Shown: positions 34,509 to 44,479, counted from the stretch's first letter. The stretch is DNA of 64,000 nt from Microbacterium arborescens (GCA_036946435.1 JAQIJE010000008.1:19715-83714), one strand, 5' to 3'. Notes: a model not told the origin generated them from the sequence alone. Translations and numbers: made by a program.

Positions 34509-34581
34509 CCGCGAGACGTCACTCTCGCGCCGAGACGCTGGGTTCACCCCATCGTCTCGGCGCGAGAGTGACGTCTCGCGG
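34509..34581. repeat. REP-like hairpin with 29-bp perfect inverted arms
   Basis: CCGCGAGACGTCACTCTCGCGCCGAGACG and its exact reverse complement, 15-nt loop, between convergent genes. Confidence 0.9.
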
Positions 34582-34586
34582 TTCGT

Positions 34587-35351
34587 TCAGCGCGGGGGGA
34601 GCGTCGGCAGCAGCGTGTCGAGGAAGGCGGCGGTGTCTTCCCAGCCCTCGACGGCCTGGCAGGCGACACCCATCGCGAGCACCGGGTAGTCGTTGCCGTT
34701 CTCGTCGAGCCGGTCGCCGATGAAGAGCATCTCGTCCTGGGGGATGCCGGTCTGCTCGATGAGCCGCGTCATACCGTAGGCCTTGTCGATGCCGCGCTCG
34801 GTGATGTCGACCGACGTCGATCCGCCCGCCCGCACCTCGAGGTCGGGGATGCGGTCGGCAACGGCCGCGCGCAGGGCGTTCTTCTTCTCGCCGGTGGGGT
34901 CCCACGCCATCTTCGCGTCGACGGGTGCCTGCTGGCCGAGGGCCGAGAACGTGATCTGCGAGCCGCGGTCCTCGAGGATCGGTCCCCACGTCTCGCTCTC
35001 CCAGAGGCCGAGGCGGCGAGCCTCCTCCTCGACCGCGCTCAGGGCGCGCGTCTTCTGGTCGTCGGTCAGCGACCGCGCGTAGACCGTCTCGATGCCGGCG
35101 GGCGAGAGGCGGTAGTACTGCGTGCCGCAGGTCGGCATGAGGTGGAAGTGCGACAGCAGTTCGGCATCCGTCTCGGGAAGCTGATCGACGACCTGCGAGG
35201 TGAACTGCGCGAGCTGTCCGCCCGAGATGATCGCGACCTCGACGCGCGACGCGAGGTCGAGCAACTGCCGACCGATGCGCGGGTCGATCGCGCTCTTGGA
35301 GGGGGCGAGGGTGTCGTCGAGGTCGAACGCGACCAGGCGGGGGGTGGGCAT
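34587..35351 (-). CDS. HAD-IIB family hydrolase (phosphomannomutase-like)
   Basis: AFDLDDTLA, ISGG, EDRGSQITFS, GGSTSVDI, DKAYG, GDRL...GND. Confidence 0.9.
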   Translation of the reverse strand: MPTPRLVAFDLDDTLAPSKSAIDPRIGRQLLDLASRVEVAIISGGQLAQFTSQVVDQLPETDAELLSHFHLMPTCGTQYYRLSPAGIETVYARSLTDDQKTRALSAVEEEARRLGLWESETWGPILEDRGSQITFSALGQQAPVDAKMAWDPTGEKKNALRAAVADRIPDLEVRAGGSTSVDITERGIDKAYGMTRLIEQTGIPQDEMLFIGDRLDENGNDYPVLAMGVACQAVEGWEDTAAFLDTLLPTLPPR

Positions 35352-35377
35352 CCGTGCTCCGTTCTCCGGTGGCATGC

Positions 35378-35407
35378 GAGAGGCTCCGCCTTTCGGCGGA
35401 GCCTCTC
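35378..35407 (-). terminator. Hairpin downstream of tRNA-Pro
   Basis: GAGAGGCTCCGCC / GGCGGAGCCTCTC, 13-bp stem. Confidence 0.7.
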
Positions 35408-35412
35408 TGCTG

Positions 35413-35486
35413 TCGGGGTGACAGGATTTGAACCTGCGGCCTCGTCGTCCCGAACGACGCGCGCTACCAAGCTGCGCCACACCCCG
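35413..35486 (-). tRNA. tRNA-Pro(CGG)
   Basis: CGGGGTG acceptor stem, anticodon arm CGTCG-TTCGGGA-CGACG, GGTTCAAATCC T-arm; CCA not encoded. Confidence 0.97.
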
Positions 35487-35534
35487 TGGCAACCCTCCAA
35501 GCTTACCCCGATCCGGCCCGGATGACGAATCGGC

Positions 35535-36464
35535 TCACGCTCGAGCCCGGAGGACCAACACCGTCGCCTCGGGGCGGCAGCCGAAGCGGACGGGCGCGTA
35601 GATCGAGTGGCCCAGTCCCGCGCTCACGTTGAGCGGCACGGCCGGCGCGCCCCACGTGCTCAGCCCGCGAGCCTGGTCGAGCGGGACGTCGCAGTTGGCG
35701 ACGATCGCGCGCGACGAGAACGGCACACGCACCTGACCGCCGTGCGTGTGCCCGCCGAAGATCACATCGGTTCCGAGATCGACGAAACGGTCGAGCACGC
35801 GCCGGTAGGGGGCGTGGGTGACCCCGACGGTCAGCGCCGCCTCGTCACGCGTTCCGAGGGCTGCAAGGGCGCCGGGGAGGACATCGAGGTCGTCCCACTC
35901 GCGGTGCGCGTCGTCGACGCCGACCCCGTCGATGCGGAGCGATCCGACGGTCGCGGTCGCGGCGGCGTTGTCGAGCTCGGACCACCCGAGGTCGTCGGTG
36001 AAGAAGGCGTCCATCGCGGGGGTGTCGAGCTTCGTGGCCGAATGCGCGTGCTTCGACGGCCCGATGAAGTAGCGGAGGGGGTTGCGAGCGCTCGGCTCGT
36101 AGACGTCGTTGGAGCCGTGGACGAAGAACCCGGGCACACCACGGAGGGGAGCGAAGGCCGAGCGGATGCCGTCGAGGCCGCGCCGGTGACCGAGGTTGTC
36201 ACCGGTGTTGATGACCAGGTCGGGCTGGGTCGTCTCGGCGACTTCGGCGATCCACTGCTGCTTGCGATGCTGCCAGGGCGCCATGTGCGCGTCGGACAGG
36301 TGCAGGACGGTCACGGAGGGACTGCCCGCGGGGAGGACGTGCAGCTCATGGCGGCGCACCGTGAACAGGTACCGCTCGATGCCGACGCCCCACACGAGCG
36401 CACCGCCGGCGCCCAGGGCGCCGGCGGTGGCGATCGTGTTCAGCGTCCGTCGGACGCCCGCCAT
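35535..36464 (-). CDS. Metallophosphoesterase
   Basis: LHLSDAH, NTGDN, HGSND, GGHTHGGQ; start overlaps the ponA stop. Confidence 0.92.
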   Translation of the reverse strand: MAGVRRTLNTIATAGALGAGGALVWGVGIERYLFTVRRHELHVLPAGSPSVTVLHLSDAHMAPWQHRKQQWIAEVAETTQPDLVINTGDNLGHRRGLDGIRSAFAPLRGVPGFFVHGSNDVYEPSARNPLRYFIGPSKHAHSATKLDTPAMDAFFTDDLGWSELDNAAATATVGSLRIDGVGVDDAHREWDDLDVLPGALAALGTRDEAALTVGVTHAPYRRVLDRFVDLGTDVIFGGHTHGGQVRVPFSSRAIVANCDVPLDQARGLSTWGAPAVPLNVSAGLGHSIYAPVRFGCRPEATVLVLRARA

Positions 36465-39001
36465 CAGCAGTCCTTCGCGGTGTACTGCACGGTGATCTTG
36501 GTCCCGCGCCCGACCGCGCTCCCCGCGGCGGGCTCGGTTCCGGTCACGGTCGGTTGCTGGGCGTCGCCCTTCTCGGTGCACGACGTGTCGATGCTCGTGA
36601 ACCCGGCGGAGCGGAGCTGACGCTCGGCCTCCTGGGGGGTGCCGTTGACCTGGGGGACCGTGGCTCCCTGGCCGTTGCTCGGGGTGATCGTGATGGTCGC
36701 TCCACCCGCAGCGCGACCGGCACCCGGATCCTGCGACACGATGCGGCCCTCGGGCTCGGTCGAGTCGGTGGCGTCGGCGACGTTGACACTGAAGCCGGCG
36801 GCCTCGAGCGTGCGGCGCGCGTCGTCCACGGTGGATCCGACGACGTTCGGAAGATCGGTCAGCACGTTCTTCGTGAGGTTCGAGTCGGGGGTCGGGAACC
36901 GGTCGCCGCCGAACTTCGCGTTGGCCGCGCCCTGCATCGCCGGCCAGATCGAGTTGCGGATCTGGTCGAGGCGCCAGCCGTTGACGCGGTACTCGTTGAG
37001 CAGCGCATCGCCGTTGACGTTGCCCACCCAGACGACGGTCGCGACCTTCGAGCTCGCGCCGTCCATCCAGGTGTGGATGTACTCGTGGATACCGGTCTTG
37101 CCGAAGACGGGGACGCCATCGTAGATCCGCGCGCCCTGACCGGTCGCGTTCATGACGCCCTCGAGCGTGTACGCCGCCGTCGCGGCCACGTTGGCCGACA
37201 TCGCCTGCTCGCAGTTCGTCTGCGGCGTGATGTCCTCACCGGCGGAGTTGATCGCCCGGTCGATGACCTTCGTCTGGCAGAGCGAACCTGCGCCGGCGAC
37301 GGAGGCATAGGCCTGAGCCATGTCGATCGGGGCGACAGCAGCCGAGCCCAGGATGTCGTAAGGGTTGTTCTGCAGATCGAGCGGCTCGCCGTCGGACTGC
37401 ATCACACCGAGCTTCATCGCGACCTGGTTGGTCGAGCACACCGAGATGCGCTCGGCCATCGCGAGGAAGCCGGAGTTGAGCGAGTCCTCGGTGAACTTGC
37501 GGACCGTGCCGGAGTACCCGCTACTGCTTTGGAAGTTGCCGATTTCGTTCGCACCACCGCTGTTGCCGGCGCGGACGTTCTGCGTCGCGCCGTCGCAGCT
37601 AGTGAGCACACGCTTGTTGCCTACTCGGCCGTTCAGCACTTCGTTGACCGAGTGGCCCTGCTCAAGCCAGTTGATCAGGCTGAAGAGCTTGTAGGTCGAG
37701 CCGGCGGAGTGTCCGCCGCCGCCGTCGTCGTTGCGGACGTTGTAGTTGACGGGCGTCGTGGTGTCGTCGCTCGCGACGGGAGCGAATGGCCGGTTCTGCA
37801 CCATCGACAGCACGCGCCCGGTGCCGACCTCGACCTGCACGCCCGAGGCGCCGAGGTCGAGTCGGTCGTCGTTGGCCGGGACGATCGACATGGCGTCGAG
37901 CGCGGCGCTCTGGAGCTGCGGGTCGAGGGTCGTGTAGATCTTCATGCCCCCGCGACGCAGATTCTGCTGGCGCTCTTCGAGGGAATCGCCGAAGGCGGGG
38001 TTCTCGAGGACGATGTTGCGCACGTACTCGCAGAAGAACTCCGCGCCGGTCGCCAGCTGACAGCCCTGGGAACGTTCCTGGATGTTCGGGGTGATCGGCT
38101 CGGCGACCGCGGCATCCCGCTCTTCCTGCGTGATCTTGCCGTCGCTGAACATGCGGTTGAGGACGTAGATCTGACGGTCCTTCGTCAGCTCGTACCCGTT
38201 CGCGGCGCCGTTGGACTCGCTGTCGGGCAGGTCGAGACGGTAGGAGTTCGGCTCCTGCACCATGCCGGCGATCGCGGCCGCCTGGCCGATGGTGAGGTCG
38301 GCAGCGGACACACCGAAGTAGTGCTGCGCCGCGGCGCCGATGCCGTAGACCGTGCCACCGAAGTGGGCGATGTTGAGGTAGCCGAGGAGGATCTCGTTCT
38401 TGGGGTAGCGCTTCTCGAGCTGGATCGCGTAGCGCATCTCCTGGAGCTTGCGCTCGATGCCGTCGGTGCCGCTGGCGACCGTCGTGGAGCGGAAGCACGC
38501 CTCGACCTCGTCCTGCGACTTGGCCTCCTTCTCGCACGCCTGCTGCAGCACGTTCTTGACGTACTGCTGCGTGATGGAGGAGCCACCGCGGGTGTCGCTG
38601 CCGCGCAGGTTGCCGAGCACGGCGCCGGCAGTGCCGATCAGGTCGACGCCGCCGTGGGTGTAGTAGTTCTTGTCCTCACTCGAGGTGATCGCGTCGAACA
38701 TGACCGGCGCCACCTCGTCCCACGTGACCGGGATGCGGTTCTGGTCGTAGAACTGCGTCATCAGGACGTCGTTGCCGTCGGCGTCCTTGCGGTAGAACTC
38801 GGTCGGGAGCATGAGCTCGTCGACCTCGAGGTAGCTCGGCATGTTGTCGAAGACGTCGATCGCGCTCGTCGCGGCGTAACCCGACACCGCGATCGCGGGG
38901 GTCACGGTCGCGGTCACGAGCACGCCCGCAACGGCGCTCAGGCCGACCAGGCCGGCGAGACCGCCGAGCACACCGGTGGCCGTGCGTTTCTTGTGAGGCA
39001 T
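36464..39001 (-). CDS. ponA: Class A penicillin-binding protein with PASTA domains (PonA2-like)
   Basis: TM anchor, EDKNYYTHGGVD, GGSSITQQYVKN, RKLQE, GSTYK, SLN, GKTG and two C-terminal PASTA-like repeats. Confidence 0.93.
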   Translation of the reverse strand: MPHKKRTATGVLGGLAGLVGLSAVAGVLVTATVTPAIAVSGYAATSAIDVFDNMPSYLEVDELMLPTEFYRKDADGNDVLMTQFYDQNRIPVTWDEVAPVMFDAITSSEDKNYYTHGGVDLIGTAGAVLGNLRGSDTRGGSSITQQYVKNVLQQACEKEAKSQDEVEACFRSTTVASGTDGIERKLQEMRYAIQLEKRYPKNEILLGYLNIAHFGGTVYGIGAAAQHYFGVSAADLTIGQAAAIAGMVQEPNSYRLDLPDSESNGAANGYELTKDRQIYVLNRMFSDGKITQEERDAAVAEPITPNIQERSQGCQLATGAEFFCEYVRNIVLENPAFGDSLEERQQNLRRGGMKIYTTLDPQLQSAALDAMSIVPANDDRLDLGASGVQVEVGTGRVLSMVQNRPFAPVASDDTTTPVNYNVRNDDGGGGHSAGSTYKLFSLINWLEQGHSVNEVLNGRVGNKRVLTSCDGATQNVRAGNSGGANEIGNFQSSSGYSGTVRKFTEDSLNSGFLAMAERISVCSTNQVAMKLGVMQSDGEPLDLQNNPYDILGSAAVAPIDMAQAYASVAGAGSLCQTKVIDRAINSAGEDITPQTNCEQAMSANVAATAAYTLEGVMNATGQGARIYDGVPVFGKTGIHEYIHTWMDGASSKVATVVWVGNVNGDALLNEYRVNGWRLDQIRNSIWPAMQGAANAKFGGDRFPTPDSNLTKNVLTDLPNVVGSTVDDARRTLEAAGFSVNVADATDSTEPEGRIVSQDPGAGRAAGGATITITPSNGQGATVPQVNGTPQEAERQLRSAGFTSIDTSCTEKGDAQQPTVTGTEPAAGSAVGRGTKITVQYTAKDC

Positions 39002-39108
39002 AGGGTGATCGTAAGCGAGATACCTGGGCGAACGCCTCAGGTCCACCCCTTGCGCGCGCGGCGATTCGCGTGTTCTCGCGCCCGTCCGTGCCACAGATCG
39101 GAGCCCCG

Positions 39109-39330
39109 ATGACGACGTGGGAATACCTCACCACGCCCCTGCTGATCCACAACACCGCCGCCATCCTGAACAACTGGGGCAAGCAGGGTTGGGAGCTCGT
39201 GCAGGTCGTTCCGGGACCCGAGGGCGGGCTAGTCGCGTACTTCAAGCGGCCGGCCGGCGGGGGAGCCGCCAACGCGGGCCTCGGTGCCGCGCAGCAGGCC
39301 GCCCAGCAGTTCGAGGGGACCGGCGCATGA
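39109..39330 (+). CDS. DUF4177 family protein
   Basis: WEY.T.PL..H....ILNNWG..GWELV...VAYFKRP. Confidence 0.85.
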   Translation: MTTWEYLTTPLLIHNTAAILNNWGKQGWELVQVVPGPEGGLVAYFKRPAGGGAANAGLGAAQQAAQQFEGTGA

Positions 39331-39794
39331 GCGTCGCAGCCCGTCTCGCCGAGCTCGGCATCGAGCTGCCCCCGGTCGTGCCCCCGGTCGCCGCGTACAT
39401 CCCGGCGACGGTGCACGGCGACCTCGTCTACACCTCCGGTCAGCTGCCGATGATCGGCGGCGCCCTGCCCGCGACCGGCAAGGTCGGCGACGGTCCCGAC
39501 CTCGTCCCTGCCGATGAGGCCAAGCGTCTCGCGCGACAGTGCGCCCTCAACGCGATCGCCGCTGCGGCGGACGTCGCCGGAGGCGTCGACAAGCTCGGCC
39601 GGGTCGTGAAGGTGACCGGGTTCGTGGCATCCGTCCCCGAGTTCACCGGCCAGCCGGGCGTCATCAACGGGGCCAGCGAGGTGCTCGGCGAGATCTTCGG
39701 CGACGCCGGCCGCCACGCCCGGTCTGCCGTCGGAGTGCCGGTGCTGCCGCTGGACTCGCCCGTCGAGGTCGAGGTCGTCTTCGCGCTCGTCTGA
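39327..39794 (+). CDS. RidA/YjgF family protein
   Basis: AAYIPA, YTSGQLP, VVKVTGFVAS, NGASE, HARSAVGV..LPLDSPVEVE. Confidence 0.93.
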   Translation: MSVAARLAELGIELPPVVPPVAAYIPATVHGDLVYTSGQLPMIGGALPATGKVGDGPDLVPADEAKRLARQCALNAIAAAADVAGGVDKLGRVVKVTGFVASVPEFTGQPGVINGASEVLGEIFGDAGRHARSAVGVPVLPLDSPVEVEVVFALV

Positions 39795-39894
39795 CCGTCA
39801 CCCGCTCGCTCGGGCGCGCTCACCGCGAACACCGCCCTCCGCGCGTCCTGGCGGCTCTACGCTCGGGGAAGGCTGACGCGAAAAGGCGGTAGGG

Positions 39895-41637
39895 ATGCAG
39901 GGACTCGAGGTCACGGTTCTGCTGGGCATCGCCCTGCTGGTCGGCACCGTGCTGGCGCCGCGTCTGCGGGTCGCGACACCCCTCGTGCTGCTCGTCATCG
40001 GGCTGCTGCTCGGCTTCGTGCCGGAGCTGCGTGCGATCGAGCTGCCACCGGAGACGGTGCTACTGCTGTTCTTGCCGATCCTGCTGTTCCGCGAGGCTTG
40101 GACGACGTCGCTGCGCTCGGTGCGCCGCTCGCTGCGCTACATCGTTCCGATGAGCACGCTGCTCGTCGTGGCATCCGCGTTCGCCGTCGCGGCCGTCGCG
40201 ACCTGGATGGGTGTGCCGTGGGAGGCCGCGCTCGTGCTCGGCGCCGCCGTCGCCCCGCCCGATGCCACGGCCGTCGCGGCGCTCGGCCGGCTGCTCCCGC
40301 CCCGCACCTTCATGAAGCTCAAGGCCGAGAGCCTCACCAACGACGGCACGGCCCTCGTGCTCTACGCGATCGCCGTCTCGCTGCTCCTCGGCGAGCAGGT
40401 GACCCCGCTGTCGATCACGGGCATGGTGCTGCTGTCGTACCTCGGCGGTGCGGCGGCCGGCGTCGCCGTCGCGGCCGCCGCGTATCTCGCGCTCCGTCGC
40501 ATGCAGGCGACGCTCACCATCAACCTGACGCTGCTGCTCGTGCCGTTCGTCGCGTTCCTCGTCGCCGAGCTGATCGGGGCGTCGGGAGTGCTCGCGGTCG
40601 TGTTCGCCGGGCTCATCGTCGCGTGGGTGTCGCCGCGCATCACGACGGCGATCTCGCGTCGGTCCGCAGACGCGACGTGGCCGTTCGGGGTGTACCTGCT
40701 CAACGGGGCCCTGTTCGTGCTCATCGGCCTGGAGGTGCAGCTCGTCCTGCACGAGATCTCACCGTCGGAGATCGCGACCCTGCTGCTCATCACCGTCGCC
40801 GCCTGGGTGGCGCTGTTCGTCGTGCGGTATCTGTTCCAGTGGATGTTCTCGCCGTTCTCGCGTCCCGCGACCGGTTCGTCGCGGTCGCTCCGGCATCGCT
40901 CGCGCGTCGTCAGCACCGTCTCGGGGTTCCGCGGCGCGGTGTCGCTCGCGATCGCGCTGTCGGTGCCCCTGACCACGTCGAGCGGTGATCCGGTCGAGGG
41001 GCGCGAGGCCGTCGTGTTCGTGACCGCCGGCGTGATCGTCCTCACCCTGCTGGTGCAGGGACCCCTGCTGCCCGCCGTCATCCGGTGGGCGAAGCTGCCG
41101 GCCGACGACGCGGCGATCGAGGAGTACGAGCTCGCACAGCGGGCGATCTCGGGGGCCGCGCTCGCTGCTCTCGACGACCTCGCGGTCGAGCACGGCGTCA
41201 GCGACCGGGTGCGCGATCGGGCGCGGCGGGAGGGCTATGAGCGGCTCGAACTCGCGAACGCGCGGGCCGTGGCGCGGCTTCGCGCCGCCGAGGAGCAGGA
41301 GCGGACGGACGCCGACGAGGCCGCCGACGACGACGACGCGGCGCGCATGGGACCGGTGCCTCCCGCCTCCTCCTCCGATGACGAGGACGGGCGCCGGGCG
41401 GCACCGCAACTGGAGATGATCGCCGTCAGCGATGACATCGACATGTCGCAGCGCTCGCCGCTGCTGCGGCACAAGGAGGCGACGCGCTTGCGACTCGCCC
41501 TCCTCGACCGCAAGCGCGAGGTGCTGCTCCGTCTGCGACGCGAGGGGACGATCGACGACCTCGTCGCCCGTCGCATCCTCGCCGGGCTCGACCTCGAGGA
41601 GATCCGCGCCCGCGGACTCGACCGCGACGACGACTGA
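39895..41637 (+). CDS. CPA1 family Na+/H+ antiporter
   Basis: FLPILLF, APPDATAV, ESLTNDG, SGVLAVV, GFRGAVSLA, TLLVQG. Confidence 0.92.
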   Translation: MQGLEVTVLLGIALLVGTVLAPRLRVATPLVLLVIGLLLGFVPELRAIELPPETVLLLFLPILLFREAWTTSLRSVRRSLRYIVPMSTLLVVASAFAVAAVATWMGVPWEAALVLGAAVAPPDATAVAALGRLLPPRTFMKLKAESLTNDGTALVLYAIAVSLLLGEQVTPLSITGMVLLSYLGGAAAGVAVAAAAYLALRRMQATLTINLTLLLVPFVAFLVAELIGASGVLAVVFAGLIVAWVSPRITTAISRRSADATWPFGVYLLNGALFVLIGLEVQLVLHEISPSEIATLLLITVAAWVALFVVRYLFQWMFSPFSRPATGSSRSLRHRSRVVSTVSGFRGAVSLAIALSVPLTTSSGDPVEGREAVVFVTAGVIVLTLLVQGPLLPAVIRWAKLPADDAAIEEYELAQRAISGAALAALDDLAVEHGVSDRVRDRARREGYERLELANARAVARLRAAEEQERTDADEAADDDDAARMGPVPPASSSDDEDGRRAAPQLEMIAVSDDIDMSQRSPLLRHKEATRLRLALLDRKREVLLRLRREGTIDDLVARRILAGLDLEEIRARGLDRDDD

Positions 41638-41665
41638 CGGGCAGCCGAGCTCGGCGTGGCCGGTG

Positions 41666-42463
41666 CTATTCGGCGACGCGGCGCAGCGCGGCGATCCACG
41701 CGTCGAAAGCGTCGAGATGGGCGTCGTGGGTCGCGCCGGCGATGTCGACGCGCGTCGTCTGCGGACGTCGCCGGACGAGTTCGTCCTTCTGCTCGGCGGT
41801 GAACATCCCGTGCTCGGCGAACATCGCGACCGTCGGCACGGAGAGCGACTCCCACTCGGTCCAGCGGGGCTCGTGCACCTCGCGGATGGTCTGCTCCATG
41901 ACATCCGCGTCGAAGCGGGGACGTAGACCGTCGTCCGTCTCTTCCAGGTCGGCGATCCACGCGTCGGTCAGGGCCGAATCGCCCAGGAACTCCCGAGCGT
42001 CGGCGACGCTCGCGAACGGGGTGGGCCAGCTGCGGAAGTACGCGCCCAGCTCGGCGCTGTCCTCCGGGCGGTCCGACCCCGCGACATGCCCCTCGAGCAT
42101 CACCAGGAGCCGCACCAGATCGGGTCGGCGGTGCGCCGCCAGGAAGGCGGTGTGCGCGCCCATCGACTGGCCTGCGAGCACGACCGGCTCATCGGGCGCG
42201 AGCTCCTCGACGACCCGAATCACGTCGTCGGTGTAGGCGCGGCGCGACGTGTCACGGGGGAGGCGCGAGCTTCGTCCGTGACCTCGCAGATCCACGAGGA
42301 TCACGCGGAAGCGGCCGGCGAGGGCGCGCGCCGTGGGCAGCAGCTCGCTCGAACTCCCCGCCAGCCCGTGGAGGAGGACCAGCGTGGGACCACGGCCTCC
42401 GCAGTCCCACGCGGCGATCTCGACCTCGCCGGACGTGACGAAGGAGGGATCGGCGGCATCCAT
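41666..42463 (-). CDS. Alpha/beta hydrolase
   Basis: LLHGLAG, DLRGHGRS, GQSMG nucleophile elbow, ATHDAH. Confidence 0.88.
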   Translation of the reverse strand: MDAADPSFVTSGEVEIAAWDCGGRGPTLVLLHGLAGSSSELLPTARALAGRFRVILVDLRGHGRSSRLPRDTSRRAYTDDVIRVVEELAPDEPVVLAGQSMGAHTAFLAAHRRPDLVRLLVMLEGHVAGSDRPEDSAELGAYFRSWPTPFASVADAREFLGDSALTDAWIADLEETDDGLRPRFDADVMEQTIREVHEPRWTEWESLSVPTVAMFAEHGMFTAEQKDELVRRRPQTTRVDIAGATHDAHLDAFDAWIAALRRVAE

Positions 42464-42505
42464 CCACTCATCGTCCCACTACGGCGGGTGCGGCGGGAGC
42501 GAACG

Positions 42506-44479
42506 CTACCTCTTCGACACCTGCCCCTTGATGGTGCTCATGACCATCGTGTCCGCCAGCGTCGTGGTGTCGCCCACGTCGCGGCCCTCGGCGACATCGC
42601 GGAGCAGGCGCCGCATGATCTTGCCCGACCGCGTCTTGGGCAGCTCGGTGACGAGGTACACATCGCGGGGACGCGCGATCGCACCGATCTGCTGCGCGAC
42701 CCAGGCCCGCAGCTCGTCGACGAGGCCTGTGAGCTCCTCGTGCTTGGTCGCATACGACTGCTTGATGCAGACGAACGCGACGACGGCCTGGCCGGTGGTC
42801 TCGTCGGCCGCGCCCACGACGGCGGCTTCGGCGACGGCTTCGTTGGCGACGAGGGCGGACTCGATCTCGGTCGTCGACAGCCGGTGGCCGGAGACGTTCA
42901 TGACGTCGTCCACGCGCCCCATGAGCCAGATGTCGCCGTCGTCGTCGAGGCGCGCACCGTCGCCGGCGAAGTAGTAGCCCTGCTTCTGGAACTTCTCCCA
43001 GTACGTCTCCACGAACCGGTCCGGGTCGCCCCAGATGCCGCGCAGCATGCTCGGCCACGGTTCGGTGATGACGAGCAGGCCGCCGTTGCCCTCGCCGACG
43101 CGTTCTCCGGACTCGTCCACCACGTCGATCGAGATGCCGGGGACGGCGACCTGGGCCGAGCCGGGCTTGGTCTCGGTCACGCCGGGCAGTGCCGAGATCA
43201 TGATCGCGCCGGTCTCGGTCTGCCACCACGTGTCGACGATGGGGGCCTTCTTGCCGCCGATCACCTTGCGGTACCACATCCACGCCTCGGGGTTGATGGG
43301 CTCGCCGACCGATCCGAGCAGACGGATGCTCGACAGGTCGTACTCGGCCGGCACCTGGCGTCCGACCTTCATGAACGAGCGGATGGCGGTGGGCGCCGTG
43401 TAGTAGACGGTGACGCCGTACTTCTGGATGATCTCCCACGACCGGCCCGGATGCGGGGTGTCGGGGGTGCCCTCGTAGAGCACCTGCGTCGCGCCGTTGG
43501 CGAGGGGGCCGTAGGTGACGTAGCTGTGACCCGTGACCCAGCCGATGTCGGCCGTGCACCAGTAGACGTCGGTCTCGGGGTGGAGGTCGTGGACGACGCG
43601 GTTGGTGAACGCCGCCTGCGTCAGGTAGCCGCCGGAGGTGTGCAGGATGCCCTTGGGCTTTCCGGTCGTGCCGGAGGTGTAGAGGATGAACAGCGGGTTC
43701 TCGGCCGGGAAGGCCTGGGCCTCGTGCTCGGGGGAGGCGGCGGGGACGGCGTCGTGCCACCACACATCGCGGCCCTGCGTCCAGTCGATGTCGTTGCCGC
43801 CGCGCCGGACGACCAGGACGTGTTCGACCGTCGTCTGCGGACCGGCTCCGCGATCGGCGAGGGCCTGGTCGACGGCGGGTTTGAGGGGTGACACCTTGCC
43901 CTTGCGGTAGCCGCCGTCCGCAGTGATGACGAGCTTCGCGCCCGCGTCGTCGAGACGCGTGCGCAGGCTGTCGGCCGAGAACCCGCCGAAGACGACGGAG
44001 TGGACGGCGCCGACGCGCGCGACGGCCAGCATCGCGGCGACGGCCTCGGGGATCATCGGCATGTAGATCGCGACGCGGTCGCCCTGTTCGATGCCGAGCT
44101 CGGTCAGGACGTTCGCGAGGCGCTTGACCTCGTCCGTCAGTTCGCCGTAGGTCACGGCCCGGTCGTCGCCCGGCTCGCCCTCCCACAACAGCGCGACGCG
44201 GTCGCCGAGACCCGCCTCGACGTGACGGTCGAGGCAGTTGTACGCGACGTTCAGCTCGCCGTCGGCGAACCATTCGGCGAAGGGCGGGTTCGACCAGTCG
44301 AGCACCTGGGTGAAGGGCTTGTGCCAGTGCAGCTCGCGCGCCTGATCGGCCCAGAATCCCTCGCGGTCGGCCGCAGCACGCTCGTAGAGGTCGGCTGTCC
44401 CGACCGCCCCGCCGACGAAGTCGGGAGACGGGGCGAAACGACGGGTCTCGGTCAGCAGGTGGTCGATCTGGCTGCTCAT
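42506..44479 (-). CDS. acs: Acetyl-CoA synthetase
   Basis: LNVAYNCLDRH, YTSGTTGKPKG, DTWWQTETG, GRVDDVMNVSGHRL, LPKTRSGKIMRR. Confidence 0.98.
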   Translation of the reverse strand: MSSQIDHLLTETRRFAPSPDFVGGAVGTADLYERAAADREGFWADQARELHWHKPFTQVLDWSNPPFAEWFADGELNVAYNCLDRHVEAGLGDRVALLWEGEPGDDRAVTYGELTDEVKRLANVLTELGIEQGDRVAIYMPMIPEAVAAMLAVARVGAVHSVVFGGFSADSLRTRLDDAGAKLVITADGGYRKGKVSPLKPAVDQALADRGAGPQTTVEHVLVVRRGGNDIDWTQGRDVWWHDAVPAASPEHEAQAFPAENPLFILYTSGTTGKPKGILHTSGGYLTQAAFTNRVVHDLHPETDVYWCTADIGWVTGHSYVTYGPLANGATQVLYEGTPDTPHPGRSWEIIQKYGVTVYYTAPTAIRSFMKVGRQVPAEYDLSSIRLLGSVGEPINPEAWMWYRKVIGGKKAPIVDTWWQTETGAIMISALPGVTETKPGSAQVAVPGISIDVVDESGERVGEGNGGLLVITEPWPSMLRGIWGDPDRFVETYWEKFQKQGYYFAGDGARLDDDGDIWLMGRVDDVMNVSGHRLSTTEIESALVANEAVAEAAVVGAADETTGQAVVAFVCIKQSYATKHEELTGLVDELRAWVAQQIGAIARPRDVYLVTELPKTRSGKIMRRLLRDVAEGRDVGDTTTLADTMVMSTIKGQVSKR

